Shown: positions 1-8,063 of the stretch, in pieces
Layout of the letters: each line of letters begins with the position of its first letter
How positions within the stretch are numbered: position 1 is the first letter of the stretch
Origin: Amoeboradix gromovi X-113
Taxonomy: Eukaryota > Fungi > Sanchytriomycota
Direction: 5' to 3'
Assembly (NCBI GenBank): GCA_018985225.1
Contig: JADGIF010000298.1
Coordinates: forward strand, 1-11,422
DNA length: 11,422 bases
The notes under the pieces: generated by a model
Database searches by the model: none
What the model was told of the DNA's origin: nothing
Seen by the model: the letters and a program-made list of their open reading frames with translations, nothing else
Translations under genes and position numbers: made by a program

Positions 1-157
1 ATTTCGATACAAAAAGTTATTTATTTTCCTTTTATACTCGTCAACTCCGCAACTAGCTGCATGTCCACTCGCCTCTTGAATCCATAAAATTAATAAAGCT
101 GAAATAATGTTCCAAGTTGTTACAGAATGTTAGTCCAGTTTATATTTGATGTCCCAT
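1..157 (+). repeat. Left arm of long inverted repeat bracketing the window (may extend beyond position 1)
   Basis: 1-157 aligns by hand to the reverse complement of 11260-11418 with 5 substitutions (left positions 60, 78, 89, 128, 135) and one 2-nt indel in a T run near 139-141; similarity decays after ...gatgtcccat. Confidence 0.97.
29..36 (-). promoter_or_regulatory. Putative TATA box (TATAAAAG) in left repeat arm, pointing out of the window
   Basis: cttttata at 29-36 is TATAAAAG on the minus strand; identical in both arms. Function is inferred from the motif alone. Confidence 0.35.
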
Positions 158-331
158 ATGCAAAAATTAGTAAGTTTTAGTTTAGAGTAATTGTCAAACC
201 CAAGGCTGCAGTTACGTGGAACTTGAATTTTCATTTTAAATAACTTCTAGCAGCAACTGAGTCACTAGCTTCGTATAAAGCAATCAGGTTTTGTCCATAT
301 TTTTTGAATAGTTCCGTCTAACATTGTTTTA

Positions 332-933
332 ATGTTTTCAGGAATTTTTGATTGGATTTGGAACGCATTAGCGCAATTAGGGCTTGTTAATAAGAGTGCC
401 AAGATTTTATTTCTGGGCTTGGATAATGCTGGGAAAACCACTTTGTTACACATGCTAAAGAATCAACGATTGGCAACTTTGCAACCTACGCTACATCCAA
501 CTAGCGAAGAACTCAACATTGGCAATATTAGATTTAACACTTTTGATCTTGGTGGTCATGAACAAGCTAGAAGATTATGGAGAGATTATTTTCCCGATGT
601 AGATGCAGTTGTATACCTTGTAGATGCTGCAGACCCAACAAGATTAGCAGAATCAAAATCTGAATTAGATCATTTGTTGCAATTGCAGGATCTCGCAACT
701 GTTCCATTTTTAATTTTAGGTAACAAGATTGACGCACCAAGCGCCGTAAGTGAAGAGTACTTAAGACAAGCACTAGGATTATCAAGCACTACAGGAAAGA
801 GCACTGGTAAATTAGGACCAAGTAATTCTTATTTAATATAGACGTTAGACCTATTGAGGTTTTTATGGTTAGTGTTGTAATGAGACAAGGATATGGCGAA
901 GGATTTAGATGGATGTCACAGTACATTAGTTAA
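332..933 (+). CDS. SAR1: SAR1 COPII small GTPase, 2 exons (332-821, 842-933), 193 aa
   Basis: [47 protein letters not shown]. Removing 822-841 restores the canonical C-terminus [30 protein letters not shown] with TAA at 931-933. Confidence 0.97.
822..841 (+). other. 20-nt spliceosomal intron in SAR1
   Basis: gtaattcttatttaatatag; GT-AG ends; excision removes the in-frame TAG and puts the conserved SAR1 C-terminus in frame. Confidence 0.92.
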
Positions 934-1005
934 TCTAATAAATGATTTCATCGTTTTACATATTGTTTCTTCGATTTTAAAGCATCATTTGGCCAAGGGA
1001 GAAAC

Positions 1006-1749
1006 ATGATAAAGTTCTCACGCACTGTTAAAACACATTTTGGATTCAAAAACGTCGATGCTTCTGCTAAGTCTACGCTTGTTCAAGATGTTTTCTCTAA
1101 TGTCGCTAATAATTATGACACTATGAATGATTTTATGAGTATGGGTGTCCATAGATGCTGGAAACAGCATTTTGTGCAAAGAATGGCACCGGTCCCTAGC
1201 ATGACTGTGCTAGATGTAGCTGGTGGTACAGGGGATATAGCGTATAAAATACACAAATATGCACCATCGACCAAAATTCAAGTACTTGACCTAAACAAAG
1301 AAATGCTAAGATTTGGCCAGGCGAAAAATAATACTAATACCATAAAGTTTATTCACGGAAATGCAGAGGATCTGCTTGACATACCTTCAGATAGTCAAGA
1401 CGTTTATAGTATTGTGTTTGGTATCAGAAATTGTACAAATATCGACAAGGTCATTTCTGAGGCCCATAGAGTGTTAAAGCTAGGCGGGCGTATGATGGTC
1501 ATGGAATTTTCAAAGGTGCACCCATTGGTTCAACCCTTTTACGACTGGTACTCCTTCAACGTGATTCCTCAAATTGGCAGGTATATTGCAAAGGATGAAA
1601 AAAGCTACAGGTACCTAGTAGAATCAATAAGGATGTTCCCAACACAAGATGAATTTCAGACTATGATGGCAGAGCATTTCGAAATGGAAAAGTTCGAGGA
1701 TTTGTCTGGAGGAATAGCTACAATATGGTCAGGATATAAACTGAAATAA
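1006..1749 (+). CDS. COQ5: COQ5/UbiE-family ubiquinone biosynthesis C-methyltransferase, 247 aa, intronless
   Basis: THFGFK, VFSNVANNYDTMNDFMSMGVHRCWK, SAM motif I VLDVAGGTGDIA, FGIRNCT, YDWYSFNVIPQIG, YRYLVESIRMFP. Confidence 0.95.
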   Translation: MIKFSRTVKTHFGFKNVDASAKSTLVQDVFSNVANNYDTMNDFMSMGVHRCWKQHFVQRMAPVPSMTVLDVAGGTGDIAYKIHKYAPSTKIQVLDLNKEMLRFGQAKNNTNTIKFIHGNAEDLLDIPSDSQDVYSIVFGIRNCTNIDKVISEAHRVLKLGGRMMVMEFSKVHPLVQPFYDWYSFNVIPQIGRYIAKDEKSYRYLVESIRMFPTQDEFQTMMAEHFEMEKFEDLSGGIATIWSGYKLK

Positions 1750-1832
1750 AAAAATTATTCAAATGTGTTGCAATTACTTGGGCCAGCGATAACTATAACA
1801 AAAGTAGGATGCAACTCGAAAACAAAAGTATA

Positions 1833-1903
1833 TGCGTGAGCCGGGAATCGAACCCGGGGCCCGTGCATGGCAAGCACGGATTTTACCACTAAACCACTCA
1901 CGC
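1833..1903 (-). tRNA. tRNA-Gly (anticodon GCC), intronless, CCA not encoded
   Basis: Minus strand GCGTGAG TGGTTTAGTGGTAAAATC CGTGC-TTGCCAT-GCACG GGC CCCGG GTTCGATT CCCGG CTCACGC A; 7-bp acceptor stem, D-loop AGTGGTA, T-loop TTCGATT; T4 run just downstream (aaaa 1824-1827 on +). Confidence 0.97.
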
Positions 1904-2172
1904 GCTACGGTGTATATCTGTTAAATTGTGAAATGTGAGCTTTATGAAATAGAAGTGCTTTTTTAGGTACGTTTTATGGGATTAGTATTGCGCTATTTCA
2001 ATATGTCTCTAGGAAATGAAAGAAATGCCACGTCCGGACATGACGTATGTAAACGAATGATAACATGATCTGGAATAAGCCATATCTTATCATTATTTAA
2101 AGCAAGCTCATTTGTAAAACACCCATTTTTCTTTTTATACTTGGCTTTCCCCAAACTGAAACAACAAAAAAC

Positions 2173-2725
2173 ATGGGCCAGCTTTTTTCGAGATTGTTTG
2201 GTGCAATTAAAAAGGAATCAAGGATACTTATCCTTGGTCTTGACAATGCTGGGAAAACTACAATTTTATATCGCTTACAGCTGGGCGAAATAGTTCAGAC
2301 TGTTCCCACCATTGGATTTAACGTAGAATCAGTGACTTATAAAAACACAACATTCCAAGTATGGGATCTTGGTGGGCAGAGCAGTATAAGACCTTATTGG
2401 CGTTGCTATTATGCACAAACCGATGCAATTATATACGTGGTTGATAGTAGTGACCAGGAAAGATTGTCGCTGGCACAGTCTGAACTTTTGAGTATGCTGG
2501 GTGAAGAAGAGCTAAAAGGTGTATTATTAATGGTATTAGCGAATAAACAAGATGTTCCACAAGCAAAAAGTGTAGTGGACATAAGCAATACGCTTGGCTT
2601 GCAAAAGGTATTTACTAGTAATTTAGTTGCAAGATAGAACATGGCAAATATTTAAATGTTCAGCATTGTCTGGACAAGGTATACATGAAGCATTTGACTG
2701 GCTTGTGCAACAATTGAATAAATAA
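2173..2725 (+). CDS. ARL1: ARL1 Arf-like small GTPase, 2 exons (2173-2607, 2627-2725), 177 aa
   Basis: N-terminal MG (myristoylation), [26 protein letters not shown]1-type [22 protein letters not shown]. Removing 2608-2626 gives [32 protein letters not shown] with TAA at 2723-2725. Confidence 0.95.
2608..2626 (+). other. 19-nt spliceosomal intron in ARL1
   Basis: gtatttactagtaatttag; excision restores the conserved DRxWQIFKxSA (G5) region and last helix. Confidence 0.92.
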
Positions 2726-2775
2726 TTGTAATAATTCAACAATTTAATTTCTCCTCGTTAAAATCTTGATTTTAC

Positions 2776-3392
2776 ATGAAATTCAAGAACTTACTCGCAG
2801 AAACTGACAGAGCCGGTTGCCTGTTTATAATTCTGGATCACACTTGCGATGCCCTAGACGGGATTAAACGTAAGTTTACAAACTTTGAATTTTAAATTCT
2901 TAGCTACCATAAGACTCTGTCTGGCTTGCAAATGGCTGCTTCCAATTTGATATTTGGATAAGACCCTCGCATATAACATGAAATCTTTCGAGGAAGATGT
3001 GGAAATATCAAACGACTCGTATTATCCCAATATTGGACAAGTTTCTGAGTGGGTACGACTGCACTCTATGTTTATTGTAATTTCTTCAGATTTTACGTAT
3101 TCCGGCTATACTCATAAGGAGACTTTTTCCGAAAGATGAGGGAAACACAATTAAGTTTAATGCAGTTAAAAAAGTCTGCAGAAAAGGAATTGAAGCGAGA
3201 GATTTCATGTAATCACATCTAATGATTTACTCAATTTAGAATCCAAAACTGTATGTAATAACTCATGATATTATAGGATACACAATCCTTGTAGAGACAA
3301 TCAGACTTGATAAGCCCATTTTTAATTATGATATTTTGGCGAAACTAACCCATAATACAACACACTCACGCCTAGGAGTAAACATGCCATAA
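2776..3392 (+). pseudogene. Possible degenerate multi-exon gene of unknown family
   Basis: ATG at 2776 and short coding-like frames separated by intron-like segments (2870-2903 gtaagt..cttag; 3209-3239 gtaatc..ctaat..tttag; 3251/3255-3276 gtatgtaat..tatag). I could not build a stop-free spliced frame (e.g. in-frame TGA at 2948-2950). Confidence 0.25.
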
Positions 3393-3770
3393 GTAAAATG
3401 TCTCCTAGGTATATATCTCTAGATAACATTTATACAGTGGTAGTAGTTTGTAACTTGTTAGTAACAAATGTCTTTTTGTCATTTCACTGCAATAGCTGTT
3501 TGTGCATTTAGATGCTTCAATCCGCCTGTTGGTGACTGTCTACAGTTGGAAATTTATGCTTCCCATACAAAAACAAAAGATCAAGGATTTATTGTTGAAA
3601 GCATTGAGAACTCAAGAAGTTTTAAGTTCCTTGCCGTATCATAAATTTACATATCAGAGTAGTTATAATAACCTGGAAACAACATTAATGACATGAATCA
3701 TCCTAGAATTCAAGAATAATCCTTAGAATATCTCGCGAAAATTGGACAATAGGCTTGACATTTAGTTGTT

Positions 3771-3875
3771 ATAACTCGACCTGACTGGGTTGGAACCGAT
3801 CATAATTAGAGCCGCCGGGCTCAACAACGAGTTGTTCCCAATCCTCTTTCTCAACAGGTAGAGAGGGGATCGTTG
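3771..3875 (+). ncRNA. Candidate structured RNA, family unassigned
   Basis: 50 of 100 bases G+C over 3771-3870; stem ataactcg/cgagttgt encloses hairpin gagcc-gccg-ggctc, followed by 11-bp hairpin atcctctttct/agagaggggat; non-Watson-Crick pairs are G-U only on the + strand. Confidence 0.35.
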
Positions 3876-4802
3876 AAAAAGTAAATCTATATTTGTAATA
3901 AATTAAAATCTAAAAATGGCATAAATACAGGTTGCATGGTATAATTTGTAGGGTTCCCACTATCTTAACCAGTTATTTTCGACAGTGAACATCATAAGAT
4001 TCGTTCTTCACCAGTTATTGGACCTGAGCGCCTAACTGGACATCTAGGGAATGCAACTCAGAACTTGCGACTGTTCGAGGTAATGAACTAATTAACTGGA
4101 GTGCTTTATTTTTAATCTTTTTATTCGAACCTTGATTCCATCTGTTTCCTATGCTTCTCATCTAAAGCCAGTTTCGCAGAAAGGCAGAATTTAGAAAAAG
4201 AACTCAAAGATGTTATTTGACCTTTAGAGCTGTCGTTCACACTCTGCTACCTTGAGGCGGGATTGAATGGGCTGCATATATTTTAACGCAACTACAAAAC
4301 CTGGTAAGAACGATTGGATTGATAGAATTCATGTAATCATGATAAACATTTTATTCGATTAGAATCTTAGAATGGCTATTCTCTAATACTGAATATCTTG
4401 CTTATAATTTTATGATACCCATCTTCAATTACTCAATCCCGCCCGCGTCTTTCGCAACTATATCATTTCTTTAGATTTGATTTTCTGCTTCTAAAGCATG
4501 GGCTTCTTCTTTTTTTTGTATTGTTGACTGCTGTCGTTTCTGAAGAATGTGCACTTCAGAATTGCAAAGACTGTAGAAATGTCATCAGAAAAATAATGAG
4601 ATCTTGCATATCTTTGTTAAAATAGCAGTAAATTTCAAAACAATCTCAAGATTTTTAGTAGACTTCAATTCCAACCTTCTGAAATATGCATACTCATTTT
4701 TAATCGATTATTATTAATTCGGATCTTATGAATAAGTTTTCAAACACATGCGAGGTGCCACATGGAATGCTGCATCCTTTGATTCCCATTTTAATTTAAA
4801 AC

Positions 4803-5219
4803 ATGAATATTTCTAAACTCAAACTGAATGAGGAATCGTTAAAATCAGATGAGAGCCAACAGACACTGAATAAAAATACTTCACCGACATCTGGTCACTT
4901 TCGGTTAAGCAACACAGAGTTGAATACTGATACTTTTTCTCATGTTGCAGAAGAATACAATACGCCGCTTTGGAAGAAGATTCTGTTTTGCACCACTGAG
5001 AAAAACTGCAACAATATAGCTTCCGATCAGAACTCTAGAATGCCAAGTAAACCGGAAATGGCAGAACAAAATGCATACGATGATGCTCTAACATGTGGAT
5101 GCATGCATTGTCCCAAATGTGACAGAGCAAGGTTCCAGTCTAAAAGAGACGAAAAACTTTTTCCCGAATCAAGCATAATTCAGCTTGAATTTGTTGACTT
5201 ATCAAAATACGAAACTTGA
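4803..5219 (+). CDS. Hypothetical protein, 138 aa, with Cys cluster CGCMHCPKC
   Basis: ATG in A-rich context (aaaacATG, as in COQ5 and ARL1); 138 open codons in AT-rich DNA; AATAAA at 5285-5290. No family recognised. Confidence 0.65.
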   Translation: MNISKLKLNEESLKSDESQQTLNKNTSPTSGHFRLSNTELNTDTFSHVAEEYNTPLWKKILFCTTEKNCNNIASDQNSRMPSKPEMAEQNAYDDALTCGCMHCPKCDRARFQSKRDEKLFPESSIIQLEFVDLSKYET

Positions 5220-5628
5220 TTCCAATTTTGATTATTTTTGTATTTACCTAAGCTTTAGCCATTATAAAAGCATAGATTGTTTTTAATAAATTTTATTAAT
5301 TACACTGGTTTCAATCATTTCATCCAACAGTTGCAACTTTATGATAGATGCTAGCATCTCTGGAATTGAATCTAAGATATGATAAAATTTTAATGATGGA
5401 CTGCATAACGCCTTGAAAAAATCATGAAAATGTTATGGTCCTACTGGTTCGTTTTATTTCTTCGTACTAGTTATTGACGACTAATTTTAATGGAGAGTTT
5501 ATTACGCTTGACTGTAATCCACACAGAAATACCTGTGTAATGCTTTATTTCTTTTGCACTCATCCCAGTCATCAATATGCAAATAAATTGATTTGGAAAA
5601 ACTGGTGTCCATTTTCAAGTGTGACACA

Positions 5629-7290
5629 ATGAACTCCATTCCGAGACAGTTTTGTGAACACCCTATCGGCTTTCATATTGCAAGACATTGCAAATTTAGC
5701 TACGCTTCATTCATAACAGATTACGCAATTAAGAACAACGATTATTACTTAATTCATGGGCTGCTTGACAACTGTTTAAAAAAGTACGTTAAAAACGAAA
5801 TTTCATGTCATACCGTATACAACTTGACTAGCATACTAATAGAGAAAAATCAATTTCCTAGATATCTCCAAAACTTAATTGGTCCTAACTGGTATAGAAG
5901 TCGAATAGTTGATATATTAGGGAAGCATAAATTGCAACCAGTTCCATGGACTAGTAACCTGTACGAAAAAAGTGTCAAGGAACTAAGAACTCATCTAGTT
6001 AATAACAAGAATATAATTATAAATTCAAAATATTTTGAAGAGTCTCCTAAATCTTTGTCTCCTAAATTGCGCATTAGAAACGCACAGCAGTTACTTATCA
6101 AAGACAAAGTATTTGACGTTAATGTTTACTATAGATACTACTGTAGCTGTATTCCATCCGGTCATTTCAGGGATATCATCACTTTTTATTTCAATCATTT
6201 GATGTCAAGTGACATTAAAATGGAGGACTTAAAAGACTCTAGCTCGATAATAGAGCACTTAAACTATATGAAGGAGCACTGCAATACTCTTATTTTGTCA
6301 GAGAATGATGCTGCTTTTCATATTATATCATGGTGCACAATAATAGGATGTTTAAATAAACGAGTTTTAAGTAGGCCCACTAACGAATACATATTTGCGA
6401 TATTCATATGCATGAGTGCCATTCAATCGCTGTTAAATAATGGATCCAAATTGCACCATACCACACTTCTTCATTGCCTCGGTTATTTCTTTGTCTTAGA
6501 TAAAGTTCAGATGTTTTCTTCACGTACTATACGATTTACACATAGACACACACTCGGCATCCCTTTAAGTGAGATCTACAGTAGGTACCAACAGTACTAT
6601 AGCACGATTCAAGCAAACATTCCGAAAATCAAAGATTACAAGTTAATGTCGATGACTATGCGATTTGTTGATTTGCAGTTCGATTCTCTTGACTATAACT
6701 ATAAGCTTTCCAGGTTTAAAGTAGGATTGCCCCACATTGGTCTTTCGGAAATGGTTGAAATATGTAAAAATATTGAAGATGAGGAGATATTTTTCTACAT
6801 CAGATGTATTATTGGTCACGGAAAGAGTGTTAACAGCCTAGAGTATATCAAATCAAATATAAACGCACTAATTTTAAATGAGATACTATCACCTGAGACA
6901 GCATGGTATTATGTTTTAAATCATTTATCGTACTTTCCTTCAAACGGGATATTTCTCCGAGAGCTCTATGAATATGTAGTTAGAAAGCATCCCAACGATG
7001 ATATTATAGTAGGAACGAGTACTTTTCTTTATTTAAGAGGATTGTGCCACATAGAAATTAGAATAGTTGTAAATTGGATGAAAGATTATATAGATGATGC
7101 ACCTTTCAACGATGCAAGGCTAGTAGCCGTACTAAACAAAATGAAACTGAAGAGTTTTAAGTCTAGTTTAGAATTTAACAAATTTTTGGATTCATTACCA
7201 TTGCCAGAACAAAAGAAAAAAGATTTCAGTAGCAAAATAATCATGAAACCATCAGATAAAAAGAAGAAGAGGCGTAGCATTAAAGTCTAA
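5629..7290 (+). CDS. Hypothetical protein, ~553 aa from first ATG, basic C-terminal NLS-like tail
   Basis: 1.7-kb uninterrupted frame (open from 5587; track start 5593 is TTG, first ATG 5629); ends KKKKRRSIKV. No catalytic motif recognised. Confidence 0.8.
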   Translation: MNSIPRQFCEHPIGFHIARHCKFSYASFITDYAIKNNDYYLIHGLLDNCLKKYVKNEISCHTVYNLTSILIEKNQFPRYLQNLIGPNWYRSRIVDILGKHKLQPVPWTSNLYEKSVKELRTHLVNNKNIIINSKYFEESPKSLSPKLRIRNAQQLLIKDKVFDVNVYYRYYCSCIPSGHFRDIITFYFNHLMSSDIKMEDLKDSSSIIEHLNYMKEHCNTLILSENDAAFHIISWCTIIGCLNKRVLSRPTNEYIFAIFICMSAIQSLLNNGSKLHHTTLLHCLGYFFVLDKVQMFSSRTIRFTHRHTLGIPLSEIYSRYQQYYSTIQANIPKIKDYKLMSMTMRFVDLQFDSLDYNYKLSRFKVGLPHIGLSEMVEICKNIEDEEIFFYIRCIIGHGKSVNSLEYIKSNINALILNEILSPETAWYYVLNHLSYFPSNGIFLRELYEYVVRKHPNDDIIVGTSTFLYLRGLCHIEIRIVVNWMKDYIDDAPFNDARLVAVLNKMKLKSFKSSLEFNKFLDSLPLPEQKKKDFSSKIIMKPSDKKKKRRSIKV

Positions 7291-8063
7291 GCTATTCTAT
7301 TTTATAGTGACATTTCTATGCTAATAGCTGCCTTAATATTCATATTATAGCTTTAGCTGCAGTTTGAGACTACAGAAATCATTGATGTTGGTCACCACTC
7401 AGTTGAGTGCTTATAATGAAGTAGGCAGATGATGAATTTTACTGAATAAATCATTTATCGAGTGTGTCTTTTTACGTAAATACTCTTCTTTTCTAGATAC
7501 CACGAATGGGATAAAAACACGGGATCCCGCTCTTCATCAATAACAAATAGTTCTAAACCTTGCCATACTGAATGTATCAGACCTAAAGAAACAACTAATA
7601 TATGTAGTATACACTCATCGACATTGAGAAACTGGTTTAGTAATATGAAAATTTTATTTCTTTCGACGGTGTCTCATTACGCATTCAAAGAGCGTTCAAG
7701 TGTAAAGAGAGAAGAAAGAGGATAGTGCATATGTATCCCTATTCAATCCAGTCTTGGGGTAGTGCAAGCGTGGGCAATTACTGTTATGGAGAAATTAATA
7801 TCTCTAAAAATTATGATTCTCTCAAAAATCAAGTCTTTTAATGAGAAGTCCATAACCAACTACAGTTGACATCTAAGGATATCCTTGGATCCAAGTTAGA
7901 AGCATTTTTTACTAGTGATATTCAAATAGTTGATGCAAGTCTTTCAGACTTTACGTAATTCTGAAATTTTCGTATCTGATGCTAGTAAGAGAATAAAACA
8001 GCTTATTTTGATATACTTGAACACTTCAAACTTAATTTGGCAAGCATTAGCCTTATCTCCTTG

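Noticed and set aside
265-785. Minus-strand ORFs 265-453 and 567-785
   Set aside because: Antisense shadows of SAR1 with no protein motifs.
332-841. SAR1 (and likewise ARL1 at 2173-2637) as truncated or frameshifted pseudogenes
   Set aside because: Clean GT-AG mini-introns restore full-length conserved C-termini.
2409-2642. Minus-strand 77-aa ORF
   Set aside because: Antisense to ARL1.
2948-2950. Stop-codon reassignment to explain in-frame stops in the unresolved regions
   Set aside because: Conserved genes end in TAA or TGA at the expected positions, use TGG for Trp, and have no internal stops after splicing.
3502-3696. 64-aa ORF
   Set aside because: GTG start, short, no recognisable motif; within chance range.
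4539-4560. Hairpin tctgaag/cttcaga
   Set aside because: Isolated 7-bp stem with no supporting context.
5390-5590. Possible upstream exons (ankyrin-like GLHNALK..HENVMVLLL) for the large orphan
   Set aside because: Requires a frameshift and is blocked by TAA at 5584-5586; cannot be supported without cDNA.
7086-7280. Minus-strand 64-aa ORF
   Set aside because: Antisense to the large orphan ORF.
7318-7730. Short hydrophobic peptide MLIAALIFIIALAAV, an intron-like 21-mer (gtaaatac..ttctag near 7476-7496) and ~70-80-codon stop-free frames on both strands
   Set aside because: No consistent start-to-stop model could be built; at most a decayed gene.
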